Positions 31,006 to 41,246 of a stretch of 64,000 nt of DNA are shown here, in pieces. A model generated the notes under the pieces. That model made no database searches, had not been told where the DNA came from, and worked only from the letters and a program-made list of their open reading frames with translations. The translations under genes were made by a program, and so were the position numbers. Where the stretch lies: assembly GCA_963739305.1 (NCBI GenBank), contig CAVTZU010000018.1:64001-128000 (forward strand), given 5' to 3'. How positions within the stretch are numbered: position 1 is the stretch's first letter; the number at the start of each line of letters is the position of its first letter. The DNA comes from Candidatus Bathyarchaeota archaeon. GTDB lineage: Archaea > Thermoproteota > Bathyarchaeia > Bathyarchaeales > Bathycorpusculaceae.

Positions 31006-32229
31006 TCAACCCCTCTTTGGAGCCCAGAAACTTTTTGAATATTCAGTGAGGACAGCTGTGTAAATGTCTTCAGTTTGTTGGGCGATCTTGACCCAGTTAT
31101 ATTTTTCCTGGATTTTCTTGTAGGCGTTGTCTCTCAAACGGTTCGCGTTTTTCTCATCGGTCAATACTCGAATTATTCCCCATGCCAGTGAATCAGGATT
31201 ACCAGTGTAAACTTTCACGCCGTCTACGTCGTGGTCCACTATCTCTGCCAGACCACCCGTGTCGGAAACTACGACGGGACTTCGTCCTGCCATTGCTTCG
31301 AGTGCAACAATGCCGAAGGGCTCAAAGAGAGAGGGCACGACAGAGACGTTGGCACATGTCTGAAGTCTTCTAAGCGTATCATCATCAACGAACCCAGTGA
31401 ATAAGACCTTCTGAGATATTCCCAGATTCTTGACGAGGCCTGAAAGCTGTTCTTTCATGTAGCCATTGCCCACGATTATGAATTTGGCGTCTATTTTATC
31501 CAGAACTTTTGGAATCGCATTGACCAGCACCTGGACTCCTTTTTCGTAGACCAGTCTGCCCACAAATAGGACGATCTCTTCACTGGGTAGTGCAAATTTG
31601 CTTCTGAACGGACCTAAGTCTTCATTTTGGATTTGTGCGTAAACATCGGTGTTAACACCGTTTGGTATCATGACTTGCTTGTCTCCGGGGAGGCCAAAAG
31701 CCCAACGAACGTGTGAAACCATGTAGTCACTGCAGCATATCACCTTCCATGCTTCATAGGTTAGCCATGCTTCTGTTTCATGGATCATTCTTTCATAGTC
31801 AAAATGAATTCCATTCCTCCGTCCGATCTCAGTAGAATGCATCGTCACGAAGAGTGGTTTCCTGAAAACATGTTTTAGCCCAATTCCTGCGGTTGCAACA
31901 AGCCAGTCATGAGCATGCACAACGTCAACATCTCCACCTAAATTCGCGATTATAGCTGCAGCTTCTTTCTGCATGTTTACGTTCATTAGATAAACCCAAG
32001 TAGCGAAGTCAGGCGACGGATTCTTGTAAGAATCTATTCGGAACACCTCAACTCCGTCCAGAATTTCATGTGGCGGTGCTCCTGGAAAATCACAGGTCAC
32101 TACGTAGACTTTGACCCCTTTTCGTACTAGACTTCTCGACAAGTAGTAAACATGCGGAGATATCCCTCCGATAATTCTCGGGGGAAACTCCCACGTGAGC
32201 ATCATCACGCTCAAATCATTGTGAATCAT
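31006..32229 (-). CDS. GT4 glycosyltransferase (glycogen synthase-like)
   Basis: WEFPPRIIGG, HAHDW, FVGRLVYEKG, PSLFEPFGIVALEAM. Confidence 0.92.
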   Translation of the reverse strand: MIHNDLSVMMLTWEFPPRIIGGISPHVYYLSRSLVRKGVKVYVVTCDFPGAPPHEILDGVEVFRIDSYKNPSPDFATWVYLMNVNMQKEAAAIIANLGGDVDVVHAHDWLVATAGIGLKHVFRKPLFVTMHSTEIGRRNGIHFDYERMIHETEAWLTYEAWKVICCSDYMVSHVRWAFGLPGDKQVMIPNGVNTDVYAQIQNEDLGPFRSKFALPSEEIVLFVGRLVYEKGVQVLVNAIPKVLDKIDAKFIIVGNGYMKEQLSGLVKNLGISQKVLFTGFVDDDTLRRLQTCANVSVVPSLFEPFGIVALEAMAGRSPVVVSDTGGLAEIVDHDVDGVKVYTGNPDSLAWGIIRVLTDEKNANRLRDNAYKKIQEKYNWVKIAQQTEDIYTAVLTEYSKSFWAPKRG

Positions 32230-32851
32230 GTGTTTTGCCCTCCGCGACATTCTTGTAGGCTCTCAGGATTTCTCTCGACCAACTCGCGGAACCGGGTGAA
32301 ATCAGGTTGATTTTGTCTGAGGGAACTTTGTACGCCCGAACTATTTCATCATTCATCCAACGCGATTTGACGAGAATCAGGTCTGCTTCATATGCGCCAA
32401 GCCATTCAATGCTCTTAATAGCCATGTTAAACGGGTTGTTTGCACCATGAGATCGATGATCTTCCAAGCTTTCAACGGAGTAAAGAAACGGGATTTTCAA
32501 ACCCTTCTTAAGGGTTACTGCGGCAGGAATGAAGTGCCAATCATGAACATCTATAAGGTCGACTTTCTGTTTTTTGTCGTAGTAGATGTTGGCCGTCACC
32601 CTTTCGACCTCCTGGTTCAAGGTTAGCACCCACGTAAGAACGCCAATGTGAGTGCGAACAGGGTTCGTTACTCTGAAAGTCTTGGTGCCTTCAGGCTCAT
32701 CGTACTCTCCCGTTAGATAGTCATGATAAGTAACTACATAGGGTTGTATCTGATTCTTGGTGAGTTGGATCGCGAGCGTTTTCACATAATTGGCAAGCTG
32801 TCCTACGATGCGAGGCGGGTACTCCCAAGAGAAGATGGCGGCAATCATCAA
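32216..32851 (-). CDS. GT4 N-terminal-domain-only protein
   Basis: WEYPPRIVGQ, VHDWH; lacks the C-terminal EPFG domain. Confidence 0.8.
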   Translation of the reverse strand: MMIAAIFSWEYPPRIVGQLANYVKTLAIQLTKNQIQPYVVTYHDYLTGEYDEPEGTKTFRVTNPVRTHIGVLTWVLTLNQEVERVTANIYYDKKQKVDLIDVHDWHFIPAAVTLKKGLKIPFLYSVESLEDHRSHGANNPFNMAIKSIEWLGAYEADLILVKSRWMNDEIVRAYKVPSDKINLISPGSASWSREILRAYKNVAEGKTHDSQ

Positions 32852-32857
32852 TTTTAC

Positions 32858-33109
32858 CTACGTGAAAAGCGCACAGACTTTTATTATCCCGCTTCCTGTC
32901 AGGTAATAACGATTCTTTCCCTCATTGTCCGTGAAGCTTTGTGCAAAACCTTCTGCTTTATAACCGTCTAGAATTCTTTCCAACTCGGTGATATCAATCT
33001 GCATTACCTGAGCAAGCTCCTCACTCCTCCTCGCCAAGTCCGGCGCAGTGGCACACAGGTTATGCAGAGTTTGTAGGATCTTTTCCGAAAGGGGAAGTTC
33101 CTCCCTCAT
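32858..33109 (-). CDS. Small winged-helix-like protein
   Basis: EELAQVMQI...LERIL...YYLTGSG wHTH pattern; within operon. Confidence 0.6.
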   Translation of the reverse strand: MREELPLSEKILQTLHNLCATAPDLARRSEELAQVMQIDITELERILDGYKAEGFAQSFTDNEGKNRYYLTGSGIIKVCALFT

Positions 33110-33182
33110 TTTTTCATCCTCTATTCTGCTGCAACGAATATTCTTGAGTCGTTTTCTTATAAAACCATGTGTGCAAGTTTGT

Positions 33183-34730
33183 TCAGAAATATTGGGTATC
33201 TGACTCTGTTTCGGCTAGCAAAGAGTCTAGCCTTTTTTTGAAGATTCTGGACACGCTCTTTCTAAGTTGCTCTCCTTTCAGCTTGTTCAGATTTGCGTTT
33301 ATGAGCTCTTTTGTCAAGATCTTGTCGTGAAGAGAGTTTTCGGCCCATCTTTCAATGTCGCCGCGTCGAGCATGAAATTCGATTGAGGCTAGACTGATTT
33401 TGTCGATAGTTTTTGCGAAACCCTTTAGGCTCCATGCCATTCGGCCCGTGAAATATTCTTCGCCTGTGCCAGTATTGAACAAAAATGGTTCATCAGCGGC
33501 TATAGCAGTGAGTCTCACCCGATTTTCAAAATCAAGTATAGCCGCTTGCGCGGTGACGAACGCGTCTGCAGGCGTGTTGTAAGGGCTGAAGTAGGAATGA
33601 ACATCGCCAGGTCCACCGCCGGCCGTGAACATGTAATAGAGGTGGTCACTTGTTTGGAAGTACCTCCAGGTTTTGAGGAAGGTCTTGTCTTCCGTTTCCT
33701 TGACGAGCGGTTCCAACTTCCTTAGACTCGTGTAGTAAGCCCATTGCATCGTGTTTCCCAGCCAGCAACTCGCGTCTCTCTCGAGGTCTGCCCAAGAAAC
33801 TGTTGGGCCAGTCTCGGGAACGTCTATTTCTCCTGCGCTTGCGCGTTTCTCTGCAACCTCTGAGGGGGTTGACAAGTGGAGGTTCCACCATTTCAATATC
33901 TCAGCTGGCAAGTGTCGAAGAAAGTCGTGAATGCCTGTTTCTGGCCAGTGGTGTTCACCAAACGTTTCATAATCCGGGAATATGTTTATGCAGTCTCCAG
34001 GCGAGGATGCTAACCAGCTTGCGTATTTGTCGGCTTTTAGTGGCCATTCGCTCCACCATCTTGCTGAAAACCTAAAACCTATGTCATCTGTCAACTTGTA
34101 GTTTCGGAGGAAAATCTTGATCTTCTTCGCACCTTTTGGCGAGTATAGATAATTCGGTGATTTCTCCTGTAGTATCCTTTCAACGCCTTCAGTGAAGATT
34201 CCTTTGTAGCCCAAGTTTTCAACAGTTCTTGCGACGGCGTTATTGTAGAGTAGCTCAGTGTTTTCGAAAATCCACGGTGCGTAACCCAGAAGGTCTCTCA
34301 CTATCTGTTGATGCATTTTCACCTGTTCAATGAACTCTTGCTTTTCAGGGTAGAGACTTGCGAGTGAGTGGTAATATGTTTGACTTAGAAATTCAACACA
34401 ATTTGTCTCTGCAAGTTGTTTGAAAGATGCGAGCAGGTCTTTATCATACATTTCGCATTGTTCTAAGAAAACTCCAGAGATACTGAAGGACACTTTGACC
34501 TTTTTTCTTTCGTTTTTGTATTTGTCGATGAGATCGAGCAGAATACTGTTTGATGGGAAATAGCACTTTCTGCTTGCTCTGTCAAATATCTCTTTGTTCA
34601 AGGCATTGTCAAAATAGTAGTCGAACAGTTCCTTCTTCTTTACGTGTTTGAAGATCTTGTCTTCCCAGAAGAAGTTTTTCTTTATCCGGTATGGTTGATG
34701 AACTTCAAAGACTAACACAACGTCTGTCAT
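33183..34730 (-). CDS. GH57 alpha-amylase family protein with C-terminal DUF5752-like domain
   Basis: FEVHQPYR, ENTEL, DYETFGEHHW, TSDHLYYM; tail AWSLKGF...SIEFH..RGDIERW. Confidence 0.9.
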   Translation of the reverse strand: MTDVVLVFEVHQPYRIKKNFFWEDKIFKHVKKKELFDYYFDNALNKEIFDRASRKCYFPSNSILLDLIDKYKNERKKVKVSFSISGVFLEQCEMYDKDLLASFKQLAETNCVEFLSQTYYHSLASLYPEKQEFIEQVKMHQQIVRDLLGYAPWIFENTELLYNNAVARTVENLGYKGIFTEGVERILQEKSPNYLYSPKGAKKIKIFLRNYKLTDDIGFRFSARWWSEWPLKADKYASWLASSPGDCINIFPDYETFGEHHWPETGIHDFLRHLPAEILKWWNLHLSTPSEVAEKRASAGEIDVPETGPTVSWADLERDASCWLGNTMQWAYYTSLRKLEPLVKETEDKTFLKTWRYFQTSDHLYYMFTAGGGPGDVHSYFSPYNTPADAFVTAQAAILDFENRVRLTAIAADEPFLFNTGTGEEYFTGRMAWSLKGFAKTIDKISLASIEFHARRGDIERWAENSLHDKILTKELINANLNKLKGEQLRKSVSRIFKKRLDSLLAETESDTQYF

Positions 34731-34765
34731 AGCTTCTGTCCTCTCGACTGCTACTATGAATTGGT

Positions 34766-36031
34766 TTATTTTTGGCTTGCTATAGAACTAGAGAGAACGA
34801 GACTTCTGGTTTTCTTGGCGGCAGCTTTTTCAAGGGCTGTGACTCCGGGCAATTTCTTTCCCATAAGGAACTCGATAAGTGCTCCGCCGGCGGTGCTGAT
34901 GTATGAGAATTTGTTGGTCAACTTGAACTGTTCTATCGCAGCTATCGTGTGTCCTCCCCCGGCCAAGGAGAATGCTTTTGACTCGCCGATCTCTTCCAGG
35001 ACGGCTTTTGTTCCGTAGCTGAACTTCTCATCTTCATATTTTCCCATTGGTCCGCTGATTACGATGGTTTTTGCTTTGTTTAGAATCTGCGAGTAGCTTT
35101 CCACTGTTCTCTTTCCTATGTCAAGAATAGGGTAGCTTGTAGGCAGTTCTTTCACGGGCATTTCCTTTCTTTTCTGGTCTGCATCAACGGCCACGTCGTC
35201 AGGAGTCATTATGGCTTCTTCGTGTTTCTGGATGAGTTTCCTTATTCCCGGGAGTAACGTCATCAATTCCTTGTTTTTCAAAAGCTCCGTGTTGGGTCTC
35301 CCCAAGTCATATCCTTTTGCTGAAAGAAAGACTTGGCCTACAACTCCGCCTGTTAACACTTGGTTTGCAATCCCTTTGTCTAGAATGTATTTAGAGATCT
35401 CAAGCGAATCATCTGCTTTCGCTCCTCCTAAGACGAAGACACAGGGTTTTCTCGGGTTTTCGAGCACCTTGCTTAGTGATTTCAGTTCCTTTTCCATAAT
35501 GCGTCCAGCAACGCTTGGCAAAACGGATGTGAAACCAACTATAGATGCGTGTGCTCGATGAGCAGATGCAAAAGCATCGTTGACAAACAGGTCTGCTAAA
35601 GGAGCAAGATTCTTGACTAATTCTGATTTTGCATGCTCTTTAGGAGTTCCGTCTTTGGTTTCCAAGGGGAACGTCCTAACGTTTTTCAAGACGGTTATTT
35701 GGCCGTCTTGCATGTTTTTTATGGTATTTTTTGCTTTTTTCCCGTAAAGATCATTAACGTACTTCACCGGTCTCTTCAGGATGTTAGATAGGATTTCGGC
35801 ATGCTGTTTGAGGGGGATGAAGTCAGGGTCGCCTTTTCGTCCCTGATGGGCGAGGATCACTGTTTTTGCGCCGTTGTCGCTAAGCTCTTTTAACGTAGTT
35901 TCGCCGTGAGCACGGATCCTGACGTCTTCAAGAACCTTGTGAGTCTTAGGATCTATCGGGGAATTGAAGTCAACGCGAACAAGCACCACTTTGCCTTTGA
36001 CCTTGACGTCATCTAGAGTGAGAAACTTCAA
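34766..36031 (-). CDS. pgk: Phosphoglycerate kinase
   Basis: RVDFNSP, AHQGR, NDAFASAHRAHAS, GGAKADD, AGGGHT, STAGGA. Confidence 0.96.
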   Translation of the reverse strand: MKFLTLDDVKVKGKVVLVRVDFNSPIDPKTHKVLEDVRIRAHGETTLKELSDNGAKTVILAHQGRKGDPDFIPLKQHAEILSNILKRPVKYVNDLYGKKAKNTIKNMQDGQITVLKNVRTFPLETKDGTPKEHAKSELVKNLAPLADLFVNDAFASAHRAHASIVGFTSVLPSVAGRIMEKELKSLSKVLENPRKPCVFVLGGAKADDSLEISKYILDKGIANQVLTGGVVGQVFLSAKGYDLGRPNTELLKNKELMTLLPGIRKLIQKHEEAIMTPDDVAVDADQKRKEMPVKELPTSYPILDIGKRTVESYSQILNKAKTIVISGPMGKYEDEKFSYGTKAVLEEIGESKAFSLAGGGHTIAAIEQFKLTNKFSYISTAGGALIEFLMGKKLPGVTALEKAAAKKTRSLVLSSSIASQK

Positions 36032-36105
36032 TTTCTCTTCACTTTCTATGGAAAGAAAAATAGTGAAAAAGGGTATTTTAGATTTTGGATGGAAAGTGGG
36101 GAGAA

Positions 36106-37146
<1,041 letters not shown>

Positions 37147-37208
37147 TTATATTGAGAATGAGGCTGTTCTAATTAGTTTTCCGCATGCTACGAAAGGGTG
37201 GAGTATGG

Positions 37209-38570
37209 TTATCGCAGTTTTAGCAGAACCATTTCTGCTGCGAGAACCATTGGTTCCCACGTTTCGCAGACGGGGGGTGCATAAGCCGTATCTGCTTTTG
37301 ACAGGTCTTTTGCAGTCATTCCTCTTTGTATTGCTAGGGATATTGCGTTGATGCGTTGGGTGACTTCTTCTCCACCGATTATTTGGGCTCCAATTATCCG
37401 CTGTGTTTCTTTTTCGACGACGAGTTTGACTTTTATCGGAAGGGCTCCTGGGTAGTAGTCCGCTTTAGTCTTCGAGGTGATTGTGCCCGTGACGACTTCG
37501 ATTCTGTTCTTCCTTGCTGCAGCCTCGGTTAGTCCTGTCCATCCACAGTCTGTGTCAAAAAGCCTTGAGACTGCGGATCCTAGGGCGCCCGTGAAGAGTG
37601 AGTATCCTCCTGCGGCGTTTATGCCTGCGATTTTTCCGGTTCTCACTGCCACTGTGCCGAGTTGTGGGAGAGATGGTCTTTGGGTGACTATGTTTGTTAC
37701 CTCTGCGCAGTCGCCTACTGCGTAGGTGTCTCTGATGTTTGTCTCCATGCGTGCGTTTGTTCTTATTGCTTTGGTTTCGCCTAGTAAGATGCCGGCGTTG
37801 ACTGCGAGTTCTGTGTTTGCTCTTACACCGAAGGCGCTTAGGAATAGGTCAGCTTCGATTTTCTCTCCGCTTGCCATGATGCCTGTTACCTTGGTGGTTC
37901 CGAGGAATTCTTCGACGCATCTGTTGGTGAGTACAGTTATTCCCTTTTCCTCAAGTAAGTCTTGTACCATTTTCGCCATTTCAACGTCAAGTGGCAGGGG
38001 CAGTATCTGCGGCAGCATTTCGACGACCGTTACCTTTAGTCCTCTTTCGTGAAACGCTATGGCTGTTTCAAGTCCGATTAGTCCAGCTCCCATGACCACG
38101 GCGGTTTTCGCGCCTTTTCTTATCGCTTGATCTATCTTCTGTCCGTCTTCTAGGGTTCTGACTGAATAGACATCTTGTTTTTCTTTGCCTTTGATCGGTG
38201 GCGTGAAGGAGCTTGCTCCCGTGGCAATAATGAGGCTGTCATAGGGTAATGTTTCTGTCTTGTCGTCTTTTTCTGTTATTTGGAGTGTTTTCTTTGCGGA
38301 GTCAATTGCTGTGACCTTTGTTTCAGTTTTGAGGTTGATCTTCATCATTTGAAAGTATGGTGGCGCGAAGACTATGAGGTCGTTGAACCTTGGTATTTGG
38401 CCGCCTAGAACGAAGGGAAGGCCGCAGCGTGAGTATCCGGGGTGTTTCTCTTGGGTGATTATGGTTATCTCCGCTTGGCGGTCTGTCTTTCTTGCTGCTG
38501 CAGCGGCGTCTACGCCGGCTGCGTGGGCGCCGATGATGACTATCCGCCTTTGCGTTGACGTGGTTTTCAC
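37209..38570 (-). CDS. CoA-disulfide reductase / NADH oxidase family flavoprotein
   Basis: Single redox Cys YSRCGLP, IIATG, GAGLIGLE, YAVGDC, AYAPP. Confidence 0.88.
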   Translation of the reverse strand: MKTTSTQRRIVIIGAHAAGVDAAAAARKTDRQAEITIITQEKHPGYSRCGLPFVLGGQIPRFNDLIVFAPPYFQMMKINLKTETKVTAIDSAKKTLQITEKDDKTETLPYDSLIIATGASSFTPPIKGKEKQDVYSVRTLEDGQKIDQAIRKGAKTAVVMGAGLIGLETAIAFHERGLKVTVVEMLPQILPLPLDVEMAKMVQDLLEEKGITVLTNRCVEEFLGTTKVTGIMASGEKIEADLFLSAFGVRANTELAVNAGILLGETKAIRTNARMETNIRDTYAVGDCAEVTNIVTQRPSLPQLGTVAVRTGKIAGINAAGGYSLFTGALGSAVSRLFDTDCGWTGLTEAAARKNRIEVVTGTITSKTKADYYPGALPIKVKLVVEKETQRIIGAQIIGGEEVTQRINAISLAIQRGMTAKDLSKADTAYAPPVCETWEPMVLAAEMVLLKLR

Positions 38571-38977
38571 TTCTTGAGGGTTTTGTGATATTCAACTGCT
38601 TTATTGAAATCCATCGTGTTTGTTAGTTCTTGGTTGAGGTTTGTTGGTCTTATTATTAGGAGCCAGCCTTTGATGTAGGGGTCTTCGTTTAGTAGCTCGG
38701 GTTTTGATTGTACTTCTGTGTTTACTTCTTCAATTGTTCCGGTTATAGGTGCGACTAGATCTGATACTGCTTTGACTGATTCGACCGTGCCGTAGGGTTC
38801 GTTCTGTTTTATTTCGGATCCTGGGTTTGGTAGTTCTGCGTACACTATTTCTCTGAGTTGTTTCTGGGCGTAGTCGGTGATGCCGACGCGGACTTTGTCG
38901 CCTTCTATTTTGAGCCACTCAAATTCCTTCGTGTAATATAATCCGTCGGGTACTTCGTTTCCTTCTACTTTCACCAT
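38567..38977 (-). CDS. gcvH: Glycine cleavage H-like lipoyl carrier protein
   Basis: VGITDYAQ, VESVKAVSD (lipoyl Lys), NEDPY..GW. Confidence 0.93.
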   Translation of the reverse strand: MVKVEGNEVPDGLYYTKEFEWLKIEGDKVRVGITDYAQKQLREIVYAELPNPGSEIKQNEPYGTVESVKAVSDLVAPITGTIEEVNTEVQSKPELLNEDPYIKGWLLIIRPTNLNQELTNTMDFNKAVEYHKTLKK

Positions 38978-39064
38978 GTTTTGTACACCTCTTGAATGTG
39001 CTGTTATTGTTTCGCATCTAACCCTTTAAGATTAACTGTCATTTTGTCAGGGGGTTTCATCTTA

Positions 39065-39113
39065 CCTACCCCCTCCTAGGTTTCAATGTATCATGGATAT
39101 TTGGATCCAAATA
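39065..39113 (-). repeat. Degenerate G-tract core plus 16-bp palindrome, related to the 116-bp element
   Basis: Minus strand GGAGGGGGTAGG at 39065-39076; TATTTGGATCCAAATA at 39098-39113. Confidence 0.5.
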
Positions 39114-39214
39114 GGGAAGGCTGTCTGAGTTTTTAGATGACAAAGCACGGGAGAGTTACCGTGCAGAGTGAATCACGAGAAAGAATTGTGGGCATGTTAG
39201 GATGAAAGATGGTG

Positions 39215-40291
39215 TTATCGTTCTCTTTTCCCTTGTATGAAATCCTCGACTGCTTGTTTTGCTACAGGATCTGGGACTTGGATCGGTGGGTGCTTGAAGG
39301 CGTATGATGATATGCTGAGTAAGGCGCCTCCAATTTTACGGTCCAAAGCTATCTTGACTGCTCGTATTAGGTCGATGACGACGCCGGCGCTGTTCGGTGA
39401 GTCTTCAACTTCGAGTTTTGCTGAGATCGTTAGTGGTCGATCGCCGAATTTTCTTCCTTTAAGCCATAGGTAGCAGATCTTCTTGTTTCCCAAGAATGGG
39501 ACATAGTCTGAGGGGCCGATTCGGGTGGGAAGGTCATAAGGAACAAGGCTTGTTACGGCCTCGGTCTTGCTGATTCGCTTTGTCTTCAGTCGTTCCTCAA
39601 CTGTCATGTTCAGGAAGTCGGTGTCTCCTCCAAGGTTCAGTTGGTATGTTTCCTCTATGATGACTCCTCGGTCCACTGCTAGTTTTGCGATTGCTCTGTG
39701 TAGGATTGTTGCTCCGAGTTGACTCTTGATGTCGTCTCCTGCGATCGGGAGTCCTTTTTCTTCAAATTTCTTGCTCCATGTCGCGTTTGATGCTATGAAT
39801 TCGGGCATGCAGTTGATCATGGCGCAGCCGGCGTCTAGGGCCGCTTGAGCGTAGAATCTTGTGGCGTTTCTGCTTCCGACGGGTAGGTAGTTTATCAATA
39901 TGTCTGCTCTTGTTTCTTTCAAGACTTTAGGAACGTGGGATGGGTCGACCTCTTTCTGGTAGACGTTGAAGACCTGTTTCATGTGGTCTGCTACGCCATC
40001 AAGGATGGGCCCTCCTGTGACTTCAACGCCTAAGTTCGGAACGTCCGCAAACTTTTCACAACAGTTAGGTGCTGTGAAGATGGCCTTCGACAGGTCTTTT
40101 CCTATTTTGTCTTTGTTCACTTCGAAGGCTGCGACGAATTTGACGTCTCTTACGTGATACGGTCCGAACTTCACATGCATGAGACCTGGCACGTTCGTGT
40201 CTTCCTTTGCGTCCTTGTAATATTGGACGCCTTGGACCAACGCTGATGCAGAATTGCCTACTCCTACGAGCGCTACTCGGATCTCTGACAA
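39215..40291 (-). CDS. ino1: Inositol-3-phosphate synthase
   Basis: GVGNSASALVQG, NYLPVGS, GDDIKSQLGAT, GGDTDFLNM, EDSPNSAG. Confidence 0.94.
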   Translation of the reverse strand: MSEIRVALVGVGNSASALVQGVQYYKDAKEDTNVPGLMHVKFGPYHVRDVKFVAAFEVNKDKIGKDLSKAIFTAPNCCEKFADVPNLGVEVTGGPILDGVADHMKQVFNVYQKEVDPSHVPKVLKETRADILINYLPVGSRNATRFYAQAALDAGCAMINCMPEFIASNATWSKKFEEKGLPIAGDDIKSQLGATILHRAIAKLAVDRGVIIEETYQLNLGGDTDFLNMTVEERLKTKRISKTEAVTSLVPYDLPTRIGPSDYVPFLGNKKICYLWLKGRKFGDRPLTISAKLEVEDSPNSAGVVIDLIRAVKIALDRKIGGALLSISSYAFKHPPIQVPDPVAKQAVEDFIQGKRER

Positions 40292-40425
40292 GTTGATGGT
40301 TGCTCCTTGAGTATAGTTCAGCTTAAGGCTTTAGTGAGCGTCTGCTGTATAACTTTTTCTGGAAAGATGGCAAGATTAAAAGGGACCTTGGGCTAGTTAG
40401 ACGATATGCGAAAGCGGTGTGTTTC

Positions 40426-40794
40426 ATGAGTTCTGAAGATGTTGTCGTTACGTATGAACCGTTCAAAGAAGTCGTTATCATGGAGAAGGATTATTTCACT
40501 TCGGCTGACGAGATGGCGAGGTTTGCTTCGATTATCGCTGGAGGAAAAGCTGCTGGTCTATACTGGGCTGAAGGTGTCGTGTTTCTTTACTTTCCACTTC
40601 CTGCGTCTACAGAAACAACAGCCAAACTTCTCGTTGAAAAAGGAAGGGTTTATTGGACTTTCGTCGGCTATTCCCTTATGCCGAAGTATCAACCTGTGAT
40701 TGAAACTCGAGAAAGAATGATTGTCCCAGTCGTTGACATGACCGCCAATGCGCTTATCAAGAAAGTCGCACTCTGGTTGAAAGAACAGAAATAA
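40426..40794 (+). CDS. Conserved hypothetical protein
   Basis: Protein-like ORF filling the gap (LYWAEGVVF, IVPVVD). Confidence 0.7.
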   Translation: MSSEDVVVTYEPFKEVVIMEKDYFTSADEMARFASIIAGGKAAGLYWAEGVVFLYFPLPASTETTAKLLVEKGRVYWTFVGYSLMPKYQPVIETRERMIVPVVDMTANALIKKVALWLKEQK

Positions 40795-40859
40795 CTTGTC
40801 TTCTTTTCCGTTTCGATTTTTCTCCCGTCATCAAATATGGAATAGCTGGTTCTGATTAT

Positions 40860-41246
40860 TTGAGGACCCTTTGCTTGAAGGGGCAAGTCTTCTCTGGAAA
40901 AGGTGAAGGAACTACTTTCGTCAACCTCCCGTGGGCGAAGAGGCAGATGGAAGAAAAGCTGGGGTTCACCCTCTTTCCTGGCACGCTGAACATAGAGTTG
41001 ACGCCGGAAGATACTAGGATGAGAGAGACGTTGAAAGGCGAAGGCGGGTTTGCCATCCTACCCGCGTCTGGATACTGCCCCGCGAGACTTTTCAGAGCTA
41101 AACTTAGCGGCGTGGAGTGCGGCGTGGTTTTTCCTCAAATCAACGGTTATCCTGTAGATGTTGTAGAACTTGTTTCATCCGTAAATCTGAGGGAGAAATT
41201 GTGCCTTTTCGATGGTAGCCAGGTCGAGGTTGAGGTCACTTTTTGA
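40860..41246 (+). CDS. CTP-dependent riboflavin kinase (DUF120)
   Basis: GQVFSGKGEG, FPGTLNI, ELVSSVNLREKL. Confidence 0.88.
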   Translation: MRTLCLKGQVFSGKGEGTTFVNLPWAKRQMEEKLGFTLFPGTLNIELTPEDTRMRETLKGEGGFAILPASGYCPARLFRAKLSGVECGVVFPQINGYPVDVVELVSSVNLREKLCLFDGSQVEVEVTF

